Shown here piece after piece: positions 31,801 through 43,851 of a DNA stretch of 64,000 nucleotides (position 1 is its first letter; each line of letters starts with the position of its first letter). The notes under the pieces were generated by a model, which saw nothing but the letters and a program-made list of their open reading frames with translations, was not told the origin of the DNA and did not search any database. Source of the stretch: Macrostomum lignano. Its lineage: Eukaryota. Made by a program: the position numbers and the translations under genes. The DNA lies in assembly GCA_002269645.1 (NCBI GenBank), contig NIVC01000411.1, positions 124,001 to 188,000 of the forward strand. The letters run 5' to 3'.

Positions 31801-33270
31801 GCGTGACTAAGCTTTGTATACGAAGTGTCTAGCGCTTGCTATCCTACTAGCTTGCTACTGGCGGCTTGTCTGGCTATTCAGCTAGCTTACTATACAAACG
31901 TACCGCATTCGACTCGTCTACACATGTACGTTGAGATCGCGGTTTCCTGGCTTACTTGTGTAGTAATACAACAGCATTGGAATCAATTTGCTTACTTATG
32001 GATCTCCCAATGAACTGAGAAATATATGAGCCAGAATTACCGCTCAGCAGCTCTTTTTGTTTGCTTCATACCTTAAATCGCTGGAGATTCCCGTTTTAAT
32101 CTGCGTGTCTTCTTTCGCACATCAAAAATCAAACATCTCAAACTGGAAAAAACGATACACAATTGTCAAAAATTAAGTAAACTATATTTTCACATTCAAA
32201 GAAAATCGTTATTAAACTAGATATTAGATGTTAGACTAATAAATAGCATAATTTATATAGATTTTGCTTTCGAACTTGTATATATGCAAATAACCGTCAA
32301 AAAGTTGGAGTAAAAACGGTTTTTGTCAAACCGCTAAACTGCGAATATTTCAGTATCAAATTTTTCACTGACTGGCTTTATATTGGCTGGCAAATTTTTG
32401 CTGGCAAACTTCCAGCAGGCAAATGTCGGCTGGCAAACGTCCCGCAGGCAAACGTCGGCTGGCAAATGTCGGCTGGCAAATGTCGGCTGGCAAATGTCGG
32501 CTGGCAAACGTCCGGCAGGCAAACTTCGGCTGGCAAACGTCTCGCTGGCAAACGTCGGCTGGCAAACGTCTCGCAGGCAAACGTCGGCTGGCAAACGTCG
32601 GCTGGCAAACGTCGGCTGGCAAACGTCGGCTGGCAAACGTCGGCTGGCAAACGTCCCGGAGGCAAACGTCGTAGACCCGTTCTTTTTTGAGAGGTGAGTC
32701 ATGATCCAATTGAGCCGGGTAACTCTGTTGTTGGTGGCGAAGAAAGTTGGAAGCTTTTTGATGGGTTGGCGCATGAAGCCATTGATTGGACCGAGTTCTC
32801 TGGCTTGGATGAAGTTTGCTAGGATTGCAGAGTTAGCGTTCGGAGTTCCACATCTGTTCTTGACGAGCCTGCCGTCAGCAGGGAGTGTGGCGTTGAAGTC
32901 GCCAGCAATGATGACAATGTCGCGAGAAGGCGCCGAGTCCAGGAGTTGCCCTAGGGCTTCGTAGAGGGCTTCAGTGTCGCGCGGGTCAGCATGGAGGTTC
33001 GGTTTGCAGTTGGGGCGCAGACACACAGAAAGTACAGTAGCCTATCTTTCAGAGCAAAGGTGGCGTGCCCAATACGGTCGTTGATAAACTTCATGTTTAG
33101 AAGGGCTCTGTTGGTGTCGGGCGAAAGTAGGAATTGCCAATGCCCCCTTGACCCTGTGGGGTGGTATTTTTTGCTTTAAAGTGCCAGCCACATCCGATGG
33201 CGTTAAACAATTGTGCATTAGCTGTTGGCAGACACGGGGCTCGCTTGTGCGCATAGGCTTTTACGACGTA
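28900..33270 (-). mobile_element. Decayed non-LTR retrotransposon (APE endonuclease + RT), RTE-like, interrupted by an insertion
   Basis: APE motifs GQGGIG..LLSP..CVCAPTA, IVIIAGDFNA, SDH. RT motifs ATGADGVP, RGIAL, QSGFRPG, FVDFRKAFDSI, SGVLQGDTLAP, LAYADDIALV. C-terminal RRRRQTLAGHVLR..RRGQGR. Multiple frameshifts and stops; ends approximate. Confidence 0.9.
31140..32678. mobile_element. Non-autonomous foldback/MULE-type DNA element with ~500-bp TIRs built from tandem subrepeats
   Basis: Ends are GGGATAGCGACGTTTG and CAAACGTCGTAGACCC. Mirror-image arrays of CGTTTGCCAGCCGA-like units plus about 200 bp of unique inverted arm (to ~31640 and from ~32200). Flanks GTTCTTGTT / GTTCTTTTT (8/9) fit a 9-bp TSD. 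Removing the element restores the LINE frame HLSKKNRMPRVVNIRPSCVQSDH. Confidence 0.85.
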
Positions 33271-33759
33271 TGGGATGCCATATAATGTGGTTACATGTGT
33301 AAATCAGATGGAAGTTAGCTGTACATGTAAAACCAAGATTGCGAGTTTTGAATATTGTTGCAATATATTAGTTCGATGAAAGATGGCAGCCTTTGCCTTT
33401 CCTTTCTACAGTACTTTTAGCATTTTTCTGTACAATTAAGTAATCTAGCTGCACCAGCAAGTGCAGCATGTTACACACACAGTTCATGTACTACGGTATG
33501 TAAACAAACTCGAGAAAATAATTAATTCTGTCGACTGAACCGCGTCACGGTTCACCGCGTCATCGAGAGTTCAAGCTGCAGCGCATAAAAGTTTACTTAA
33601 CTCGAGGACATCAAAGCAGTTTAAACCACAGAACTTACACAGAATGCTCAATCAGCGATTTAATGAAATTAAACAGCGTAGAAATGGCTTCGCCTCGGTC
33701 AATAAACGAGACACCTCTTGCTTTTGCCCGCTAGACAACAAAATAAATGGGGAATATGA

Positions 33760-33906
33760 TATGTATCCCCCGTTCGTTGTCTATGGTTGTTGTCTCGAAT
33801 TTATCAGCCCGCGGGGCAGCGGGAAATAAATGATTTATTCACCTAGGGAAATAAATGAAAACATGCGTCACATAGACACTCGCCCGGGGCAAAAGGGGGA
33901 TACATA
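33760..33906. mobile_element. Small MITE-like inverted-repeat element
   Basis: TATGTATCCCCC ... GGGGGATACATA terminal inverted repeat, with inner TGTCTATG/CATAGACA. The terminal TA may be the TSD. Confidence 0.5.
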
Positions 33907-34039
33907 GATATGCGTACATAAGTAGCCATAGACTATTACTCAAGTGTGTAGCACAAGATATATTCATTTAATAGAATTACTTGCAGCAGCATTGTCTTTT
34001 CACAAAGAATTTGGATGTTTGGTTTTGCTGCAGTGAAGT

Positions 34040-34731
34040 ATGCCTTCTGCAAAATCGCGAAAACAGTGTGCTGTCCACCAGAAACCAGGTTTCACAGCTT
34101 TCCTTCAAAGCGTGCCCGGTAAGCTTAGTCGAATCGTGACTAATATTATTTGCATGAAAACTTGTGTACGATTTATGTTGAATTTTACGCTGTAGGTGTG
34201 AAGACTGGGCTCGTCGCATCTTCCGTGCTAACCTTCTGGGGAAGAAGTATGAGCACAAATGGGCGATTGCAGTGGTGTGCAGTCAGCACTTCGCTGATCA
34301 CATGTATATGTGCCCGAAAGACCGTCATGAGCCGCACAGTCGACTTGTCTGGAATGCGCATCCAACACTGAAGCTGTATAAAGACACGGCTCAGGAGCAG
34401 AAGACCCGCTCGCCTCCAAAGCCAAGAGCCTGTGTCTCAGAAGAGTTACATCTATCCCAGACTCAAACTCAAAAGAAAGCAAAAGCAAAAAGCCAAATGG
34501 AATGACATTGCTGCTGTTGCAAGCCTTGAACTTGTTAAGTCTGATCAGCTTCATCTCGTCCCAAAGTTGACTGATGTGCATATCAGTTTACCTGTTGGGA
34601 AAAACATGAGTGTCAAATTGGCAGCGCAGGTGTTGTCTCGTACAATGGCGCAAGCTCTAAGAACCTATCACGCTCATGGAGTCATTCAATCTGCTTCTGC
34701 ACTCCACACACAGCCCGATTTTGTGAACTAG
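34040..34731 (+). pseudogene. Internally deleted P-element-superfamily transposase (THAP domain + GTP-binding-domain fragment)
   Basis: THAP motifs RFHSFP..(intron 34119-34195)..CEDWARRI..VCSQHF..RLVWNAHPTL. In another frame, KWNDI..LVPKLTDVHI..KNMSVKLAAQVLSRTMAQAL, typical of P/THAP9 transposases. Catalytic regions are missing. Confidence 0.8.
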
Positions 34732-36626
34732 TTCTGTGGTTTAAACTCTCTCGCTGCCGATCCAAACACATTTAATTCATGTACGATTGCTCACTGAGCT
34801 GTGCTGTAAAATTTTAATGTAATGGACGTCACTAATTCTTCAGTAAAGCAAGATGCCATCGTCGCGCCGCGCCCGTAGCCAGGATTTTTCTTTGCGGAGG
34901 GGGGGGCGCCATCGAATGATGGCCAACATCAAAAAGGAGGCCGACAATTGACGGCCACAATTTGACCGCCGACAATTTGACCGCCGAAAACTTAAAAGGC
35001 CGCCCTATTTCACCTTGAATAGAACAGCGGTCAAATTGTCTAGCGGTCAAATTGTCTTGTTTAAAGTTTAATCAAATTGTAGCGGTCTCAAATTGTTGTA
35101 GACCAACATCAAATGGAGCGCCAGAACCTGGGATTGCCACTTAAGTAGTCCTGGCATCAAAACAGCAATTAAGGTGGCTGGCCGCCATAGTTTTTGCCAG
35201 CCTACTGCTACTGTTACTCCTCCCCCCTGGCCTCGCCTGTCAAGAGCAGTCGACACAAATTAAACACAGCTAGGCCCCCTATTGGTTTCAAATTGGTGGT
35301 CTATTTTTACCGGATGTATTATAGTAGTAGGTAAGTTTTTCAATTCCAGAAGAGCTTTTTGACTGGTCGTTCTACCTCTCAATTAATTTAATTAAATAAA
35401 AAAATTATTCTTCAAAAAACTTTCGCTACGTTTTACAGGTTGATCAGGTTGATCAGGGACTCAGGGTTATATTTATATAGGCCGGACTATATTTTTGAAT
35501 GGATGGCGGATGGGCCTAACCAGGCCTAACTAGTTTGATGGACAAGTTGGGAGGGGAATGGGAATAGTTTCATGTCAAAAAACAACAGCCATGACAGTCA
35601 TGACAATCAGCTGTTTGTGTAAAAAAAACAATTTTCATGATAATGTTGGCCGCTACAAGCCCAGTTACAGTCTTGTGAACTTTAATGTCTTTAAATTTAA
35701 TTGTTTAAGAGAGACTTTTTGGTAGTGCACAAAGGAACTAACTTCAATCAAATCAAAGTAAAGCATAAAATTGCCGTGTGCCTTTTCCTAGTGAACTGAA
35801 CTGACTCAAAGCCTAGCCTATATTAAATGAAAAACGAATCCAAAAACAAGTCTTTCGATCGTTTCCTTATCTAAGCATAAAGCTTAGGCCTATCTAAGAT
35901 AAGCAAAGGCTAGGGTAGTGAGTAGGCCAGTTCTAGTTGATATGATTCCTTCATTTTTAAAGTGCCATGATAGCACCCTAGCCTAGGGCTAGGCCCTATT
36001 TTTTCTATTTTACCTTTGGGCTTAAATTTTATAAACTATTAATAGTTTTTAGGCCTCAGACCTGGCCTAAGACCAGACATTAGGCTCTAGGCCTAGGCTA
36101 AAAGTTCTCAATTTAGGTATAGGCCTATCTAGGTACAAGGGGCCTTCAGAATAGACTTAGACATATAGCCTACAGGCAGACCTAGTACTAGTAGGTATAG
36201 GCCTACATGCCTAGGGGCTATGCCTATGACTAGGTTTATATATAAACTAAAAACATGCTTAGTATTTTATATAGCTTAGGCCTATCGCCTATATAGCCTA
36301 TAGGCCTAGCCCTAGGCCTAGCCTAGAATGGCTAGATATTATTTATTAGGCAAGGCCTAACCTAGGCCTATACTAGGCCTATGCCGATATTATTTAATTA
36401 TTAGGCTTATTATTAAAAGAATCTAGGCCCTATAGTATTAGTATTATTAGGCCTAGGCCTAGTGAGATTTTGAATTATTGAATTTATGCTTTTGGATACC
36501 AATGAATAGGCCTATATAATAGACTAAAACTAGGCCTAAGGAAAATGCAAATTGCAAATATTAGCTAAAAATTTCTCTAATTGATCACATAGATTGATAT
36601 ATCATATACCTACCTATTGACAAACT

Positions 36627-36807
36627 TAGGCGCAGATCAAGAAAATTTTTAAAGAGGGGGCCAAGCTGTTACCATTACCAAGCACTACAACCCTATTGGA
36701 AAATAGACCTAGCATAATAGTAGGCCAAAAAATTATGACCAAAATTTTGGCCACAGCTGAAGGGCAAGGCCATGGCCACCTTGGCTCACCCTCTGGATCT
36801 GCCCCTA
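36627..36807. mobile_element. hAT-type MITE
   Basis: TIR TAGGCGCAGATC / GATCTGCCCCTA (11/12), flanked by GACAAACT and GACAAACC (7/8, consistent with an 8-bp TSD). Confidence 0.6.
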
Positions 36808-37959
36808 GACAAACCATTTTTAGTATATTGATTAGGGCCTAGGTCTAAAATTTTATTGCTATAGGTTTAGTTAGGTCTATAGTTAGGATCATGGCATATG
36901 CTGCATACATACCTTAAAATTATATTTAAGACCAAAAAACTTCCTACCCTAGGCCCTAATAGGCCTACCTTGGTTCCCTAAAACTTAGACTTAAAATCTG
37001 CTCTAATACCTTAAATTAGTCTCAATTTTTGCTCTTAAGTACCAAGATTAAGAACCAATTTAATTATCAATTTAATCTAGATCCACATTATAGTATTAGC
37101 CAACAAATAGGCAACATTGTTTAGCTCTTCTATTATATAAGTCAACTACTTTGTTATTCTCTATCCTATATTATTCCTTATTTACCTTTGGCCTTTGCCT
37201 TGCCCTGCCCTAGGCCTACTCTTGTCTTGCCTCAACTTGCCCTGCCTTTGCCCTGCTTCAACTTGCCTTTCCTTGCCCTGCCTTACCTTGTCTTATTTTG
37301 CTCTGACCCAAGTAAAATTTGCCCTGAATTTTCAATGAAAAAAAACATTTTCCTGGCTAGCTAGATCAATGATATAGTATAAGTATATAAAAATCATCTA
37401 AATATAGGACTAAAAGTAATGCAAGGCTTATCTTTGTTTTTGTTATAATTTAACTCCTAGACAGCTAGACTACTTGCAAATTAACATAAAAACTTATATG
37501 GGAAAACTACAAATTTTAGAATGAGGCGTTAGTTAGGCTATTTTATTTAATCTTTTTTTCACATTTTAAGATCTCTATAAAAGTAGAAAATTGTTTTTTA
37601 AACCTTCAATAACCTTTTTTCGCCACTCTGCCTTTCTAGTGAAAAGGTTGGCACTAGTTTATAAAAAACCACCCTAACCTCTACCCGCATCATGGCCGCG
37701 TGTTACTGTATATTGGGGGGGGGGAATGCATGTGTTCTTAATTCAATGCAAATACCCCCCATGTTGTGGGTGCAATTAAATGTAATGATTCCTTTAGACC
37801 AAGGGGTTGGGCTTGGGCTAAGTGGATATAGCAATTGTACAGTATAAACATAGTTAGGACTAGCAGGAAGACCCACTTTGCGGGACACAGACAGTTTTCA
37901 AACTGCACCAAACCTGGCAACATCACCCATAGACACCTTGCAACATCAATCATCAATCA

Positions 37960-38275
37960 AGCAGAGACTGCCCACTAGAAGACAGACAGATCAAGCAGAT
38001 ATAGCCTACTAGAAGACAGACCAATCAAGCAATGACAGCCTGCTAGAAGTCAGACAGATCAAGCAGAGACAGCCCACTAGAAGACAGACCAATCAAGCAG
38101 AGACAGCCCGCTAGAAGATAGACAGATCAAGCAATGACAACCTGCTAGAAGACAGACAGATCAAGAAGAGAAAGCCCATGATAAAAGCAGACAGATCAAG
38201 CAGAGAAAGCCTGCAATAAAGCAGACAGATCAAGCCGAGACAACCTGCTGGAAGACAGACAAATCAAGCAGTGAG
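37960..38275. repeat. Degenerate ~35-bp tandem repeat (CAAGCAGAGACAGCCCACTAGAAGACAGACAGAT-like)
   Basis: Directly visible. Confidence 0.8.
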
Positions 38276-40079
38276 AAGCAGTACACAATGACACCGATAA
38301 GCAGCACACTTCACACACAGCAAGTGAAACTTCAAATAGTGAAAACCAACTTCAAATAGTTTATAAGTTTCACAGACAGTCATATAAACTGAATAGTAGT
38401 TCGGATGAAAAGCAGCCTGTTAAAGTTCTGACTGAATAATCATTTGTGGCACCTTGACCAAATTAAATCATTGGTCAAGAACTCTTGCCGTACCCAGTTC
38501 CCACTTTATCAAGAGAAATATACAAAATATTTTGCGTGTACAAATTTGAGCCCCCAAACCCAGAGGCCTCGCAATTGATAATTGCATTTGAGCTCAACTC
38601 TCTCTCCCTGCCCTAGCAATGTACACAGCTGTCCATTTTCAATTGGCCCCCGGCCAACAATATACACAGTACATTATTCAAGCCAATCTTCTTTTTAGTG
38701 CTGTGCTTCTGATTTTCAGATTTAAAGCAATAAAATTATATCCCCATGTTTAGCATTTCAAGCTCTTTCAGGCAATATAATTATCTCACTCCAATCTAAA
38801 AAAACTCGAAGCACAATCAACAAATGAAAATCATAGCTACACTTAAAGGCCTGCAAAAAAGGTCATTGAATTTCTCTCCCCAACCATTGCCAAAGTTAAA
38901 TTTTGACGCTGCCCTACAGCCAGGGGTACACACACCTTTGCACATTGCCAAGTGAGCCAACAAACCCCCATTCCTTTCTGCACACAAATCAGCCTAGCTA
39001 AATGAAATACACTAGAGAGATAGGCCAGATTGCTGATGCAACCTCAATCAAGTCAACCAAATTGGCAGTCAGGAAGCCTTTCCTTCAACTGACCACGGAA
39101 ATTCCATGGCAAAAAGTAGTTTTTTGCTAATTAAACATCCTTCGCATTATCAGAAATTTTAGCAAAATCTACCACATCACCGCTGGAAAACTTGCAAGCT
39201 AACAGTGCAAGTCCTGTGAAGATTATTCTTGTGGTTCATTCTAAAATATGAACTTCACAAACAAATAAATAGACAGATATAGTCAACTTTAGTTATATAG
39301 ATTAGTTATATAGACTAGGATATGTAGCCCTATGTATTAGCTAAATAGTGAAATTTGTTAAACTTGCAAGCCTCTTACTGTAGCAAAAAGTGAACTTACA
39401 CCAGATGCTTTAATGGTTTTAATTAGGAAGCTTTAAATGCTAACTGTTCTTTGACCTTTAAACTTTGAGGGGAATAACTTATATTGCTAGAAAGAGCTTG
39501 CAATGCTAAGTTCCAGGATATAAGTTGTTTGCTTTTGAAATAGAATGGGTTTTCTTGGGATGGCCTAGTAGGTCTTTGAATCCCACCACTGCCACCAGTG
39601 TTGTACCTGTGGTTGTCCTGCTGTATAGCGCAGTGACTTGGGCTCCGTCCTCTCACTCAGAAGCCTTCTTAACTCTTAGTAGCGTAGGTAGTGCTGCCAC
39701 CAGTTCCTTTAGGTCTCGGCCTTCAATGAGGTGAGCTTCCCATCGGAATGAAATAAACAAGTCAACAGTGTGCAGATTTGCAGATTAATGAACAAGGTGT
39801 CCTGATCAGCAGATCCCCGCCGGGCTCAGGGATGGCTGGGAAGGCAGTGTTAGCCTCCCTTAGGCTTGGGCTTTAGTGGGGTCTCAGTCAGACCAGTACA
39901 AATGGATTTAGTATGCAAAGGGTACTTAGTTAGACACTGACGCACACGGATCTTAGTGAATTATCCGCAGAAAAGAAGCCATTCCTTGACGGAAACAAGG
40001 GAAGAGGGATCCTATTTATAACAGGGAAACACCCACGCACAAGACCTCGTGACTTGTTCTATTTTTAGAACTGACGTCA

Positions 40080-43000
40080 CACGCCTCCCCTGAAGAGAGA
40101 GTTTGGTCAATGAAATATACCCTAAAAAATATTGATTTCCCATGAATCTATGACCCAACAGAAGTCCAAAAAAGCAATAGTTGAAATCCTATCGCATTGT
40201 CTGCATAGTGTACAGGTATGCTAATTAGTACAGTGATTTTTAGTACCAGGTAGGTACTACAAGAAGAACAAGAAGGTCTGAGAGAACATGGCAACCATCC
40301 TGCAGCAACGAAAATGCTAAAACAAGGTAGAATTTACGTTTCTGTTCATTCTCTGTCACTTATGGTTCATTAATAGTATTTTTATCACCTGTCCATACCT
40401 GTGTACACCTGAAAATTATGTTTTTGCATACTATATTGTGCTGAATTCACACCAGGGCGTGTATCTTCACACTTATCATTGTACGAGCGTATTTACATGT
40501 ATATGCTCGTGGCTCAAAATAAATTGAATTCAATATTCTGGCTGCAGACTTTTCTTTCTGTTTCAATAAGCTATTTGGCCCACAGACATCTCCAGATGAT
40601 GAGGCAGTCAGAACTAGGAGACAAGTTAATTCCAGTGTTTTCTTCAGAACAAAAAGAAATAGCAAGCAGCAGCTGCTACACTTTTACTAAACTTTTACTG
40701 AAATTAAAGTTACTGTAAGTGAGACAACTGTAGCTATGAAAATGAAAAGGGTATATTTGAGTGAGATACTCTAGGTCGACATTTATAAGCTGAGTGAAAG
40801 CGTACAATACACGATTGAGTGTGATATGGGGTGGGGCGATCAATAATTTGGGGGAATGTACGTATGAGCTACATAAATATGCATGCAATATATTAGACTA
40901 ATTGAGCGTGCAGGTAGAAATACAAGAAAGAATAATAAAAAAATACCGCGACACTGGCTGCTCCAGAACAATGCCAAACAACAAGCGCTCACATGAAGAA
41001 AATCGAAGATGTGTGTGCATCTTGTGCTTTCGGAAGGGAGACCGACCGCTGACAGCCACTCTTGAAGCGCTGATTGAATGCCATGTGCTGCCAGGCTTCG
41101 CTGACCATCGTGGATTTCTGCCTTTAAGCATCTGCAACTCCTGCAGAATCAAGCTGATGTCACAAAGCAGCCCTGCACCAACACCTCTGCCGCCAAAAAT
41201 GCCCTACGAGCAAGTTATTGCAGATCTGCGCTGTCTTCCGCCACTCACTCGCGAACGCCCCGATTGCAACTGCTGGGTGTGCCATGTGGGCTCCAGCAGA
41301 GCCAACAAGAATGTGGCTGTATATCACCCTTTCATGCCAGATGAGTCTGCTGCTGGTATTGCGACGCCACTTGGTCGCCCTCCAAATAAGGCACCTGGGC
41401 CGATGGAAGACAGTGTCGTCAAACGCTGTGAGACGTGCTCATCGCCAGTGGCACGTGGATTGAGGCACCAGTGTGGACAGGCGGCAAAACTGCGCTATCT
41501 TGATGCCCTAAGCCCCTACTCAAGGGAGCACGTAGCCTGCGGTCTTCTGCGTGAGAAGCTGGGTGTAGCCACCTCTTCTGGCTCCTTAGCAACTGCAAGC
41601 CTGACTTCTGGCACAGGTGGGCGCCCACTCCAAGTTCAAGTGGCTGGTACATCAACTACCGAGATTGCGTCGGTCCAGCATAGCACTATGCGAGCCGTAA
41701 AGACTGCACTCAACCTCAGCACCAGTCAGACGCTACGTGCGGCTCAAGTGATCAGAGAAGCGTCCGGCAGCAAAAAGGCCGTGCAGTCTGGGCTGAAGGA
41801 GTTTCTGTTTGCTGAAGGTCAGAGTGTCGCCAAGTTTTTTACAGCTGAGCAGCGGCAGTTTTTCCGCAAACAGCCTAATGGACAAGAGTGTGTGATCGAA
41901 CGGTCTGTCGTGTTCTGCCGGGATGTATACGCTTTTCTGGCGCATGTCAGTAACTCGAGAGGCACTGCTGAGATGCACCAGAGAGTGAAACTTGCGATTG
42001 ATGGAGGAGGCAATTCCTTAAAGGTGTGCGTCAGCGTTACCGTGGATGGCAGAGGATGCACTTCGTCTGCCCAATTTAACCGATTTATGGACTCTGGAGT
42101 GAAAAAGATCCTCATCCTGGCCCTTGTTGAGGATGTCAAAGAATGCTACCAGAACGTTAGTGTACTAATGTCAACCATCGACATCAGCTCCATTAACTTC
42201 ACGTTGGCCTGCGATTTTAAACTGGCAAACATAATCAGCGGGATCCAGAGCCATTCTTCATCGCATCCCTGCCTGTACTGTGAGGGCAGGCCTCCATGGG
42301 AAGTACCAGCACAAAGGAGGACGCTCGGCTCAATTCGACACCTGGCAAGTGAGTTTCAGGCAGCTGGTGGACACCAGCCTCTAGCCAAAAACTTTGCCAA
42401 CTGCGTCCAGCCTCCACTGCTACCTGGGAGCGATTCTGCTGAACTGCTGGACGTGGTACCACCGCCAGAGCTGCACATGATGCTTGGCATTGTGAACCGA
42501 TTGCTTGATGCTCTCAATGCAAGCTGGGGTGGCAACAAGGCCTACGAGTGGGCCTATGAAGCAGGCATCTGCAGGCAGCAGTATCATGGAGGTTGCCTGG
42601 AGGGCCCAGCGTGCAAAAAGCTCCTTCTGAAGGCGAGTGAGCTGTGGAGCGTGCTGCCTCCACACCTGAAGCTCTACGCAACAGCACTTCAAGACTTCAA
42701 CGCTGTGCGCGAAGCTTGCTTTGGCCAAAGTCTGGCAGCTGATTACAGTCTCTACATTGCTCGCTTCCAGACGACATGTAGGTACCTCGAGCTTTCAGTT
42801 ACGCCAAAGATGCACGCGCTTTTTGACCATGTGCCAGCGTTCTGCGGCAAGTATGGCAAGGGGCTTGGCAGCTTTAGTGAACAGGCTGTTGAATCAGCCC
42901 ACAGTGACTTCGAAGCCACCTGGCAGCGCTATAAGCGCCCCCTAAATCATCCTCAGTATAGCACGTGTCTACTGCAATCCATCATAAACTATAATTCATT

Positions 43001-43851
43001 TCACATCTGAGCCAAATATGTCATAACTTGTAACTTGCAAATTCCAATTTACTACTGCCAAGATAACTACAAGTAAACTGTTGAAAAAAGTAGTTAGTAG
43101 TTAGTACATTGGTTTTGCTGTTACATTCAATGCTTGTATTTTGACAACCCACTAAACTCGTATGTTTGTATTGGGTAAAGCAGAAAGTTGTCGCAGGTTT
43201 TAAGGCCTTCTATGAAATGAAGTGCTTGAAGTACATGTAATGGTACTGTATCACAGTAGCTGGAACTTGAATTCGGGTTTGCCCTCAACTATTCTAGCTA
43301 TTTTACTCTAGTTATTCTACCCGTGTAGTCATTTGCCGCCAAAATAAGCTTGTAATTCCCAATGACCTCTGCTTATGCTTTCTGTTTTTGCGAAACTTTT
43401 CTCTCTTCAATAGTTACTGGCTTTGTTTTGACTCTCAGTGCCAGTCTATCGCTGCACTGCTTCAAAAACTTTAAAAAATTGAAAACGTTACTAGGGAAAC
43501 ACAAGCTCCATGTGTAAATTAATCTCAGTCAGGTATAGACAGGTAATAAAAATACTATTAATGAACCATAAGTGACAGAGAATGAACAGAAACGTAAATT
43601 CTACCTTGTTTTAGCATTTTCGTTGCTGCAGGATGGTTGCCATGTTCTCTCAGACCTTCTTGTTCTTCTTGTAGTACCTACCTGGTACTAAAAATCACTG
43701 TACTAATTAGCATACCTGTACACTATGCAGACAATGCGATAGGATTTCAACTATTGCTTTTTTGGACTTCTGTTGGGTCATAGATTTATGGGAAATCAAT
43801 ATTTTTTAGGGTATATTTCATTGACCAAACTCTCTCTTCAGGGGAGGCGTG
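40080..43851 (+). mobile_element. Full-length Chapaev-type DNA transposon (RAG1/Transib-related transposase), 3772 bp
   Basis: 322-bp TIRs (40080-40401 and 43530-43851) start CACGCCTCCCCTGAAGAGAG; I counted about 3 mismatches by eye. 4-bp TSD GTCA at 40076-40079 and 43852-43855. One uninterrupted transposase ORF inside. Confidence 0.9.
40971..43010 (+). CDS. Chapaev/RAG1-like DDE transposase, 679 aa from the first ATG (stop-free frame from 40902)
   Basis: N-terminal Chapa-like Zn motif H..CILC..PLSICNSC..CNCWVC and second finger CETC..HQC. Candidate catalytic D (IDGGG), D (ACDFKL), E (SEQAVES). ZnC2 CLYCE; PPPELHMMLG; TPKMHALFDH. This is the motif order of the RAG1 core, Transib and Chapaev transposases. 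Confidence 0.88.
   Translation: MPNNKRSHEENRRCVCILCFRKGDRPLTATLEALIECHVLPGFADHRGFLPLSICNSCRIKLMSQSSPAPTPLPPKMPYEQVIADLRCLPPLTRERPDCNCWVCHVGSSRANKNVAVYHPFMPDESAAGIATPLGRPPNKAPGPMEDSVVKRCETCSSPVARGLRHQCGQAAKLRYLDALSPYSREHVACGLLREKLGVATSSGSLATASLTSGTGGRPLQVQVAGTSTTEIASVQHSTMRAVKTALNLSTSQTLRAAQVIREASGSKKAVQSGLKEFLFAEGQSVAKFFTAEQRQFFRKQPNGQECVIERSVVFCRDVYAFLAHVSNSRGTAEMHQRVKLAIDGGGNSLKVCVSVTVDGRGCTSSAQFNRFMDSGVKKILILALVEDVKECYQNVSVLMSTIDISSINFTLACDFKLANIISGIQSHSSSHPCLYCEGRPPWEVPAQRRTLGSIRHLASEFQAAGGHQPLAKNFANCVQPPLLPGSDSAELLDVVPPPELHMMLGIVNRLLDALNASWGGNKAYEWAYEAGICRQQYHGGCLEGPACKKLLLKASELWSVLPPHLKLYATALQDFNAVREACFGQSLAADYSLYIARFQTTCRYLELSVTPKMHALFDHVPAFCGKYGKGLGSFSEQAVESAHSDFEATWQRYKRPLNHPQYSTCLLQSIINYNSFHI

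Noticed and set aside
31140-34731. Foldback as a Galileo-type derivative of the neighbouring P element
   Set aside because: The TSD (9 or 3 bp) and GGG termini do not fit P/Galileo (7-8 bp, CA ends), and no sequence is visibly shared.
38400-39770. Short protein-like fragments on the minus strand
   Set aside because: No frame stays open for long and no motif was recognised, so they cannot be supported.
40080-40120. TIR as a V(D)J RSS (ProtoRAG-like element)
   Set aside because: It starts CAC but continues GCCT rather than AGTG. I see no nonamer, and there is no room or ORF for a RAG2-like gene inside the element.
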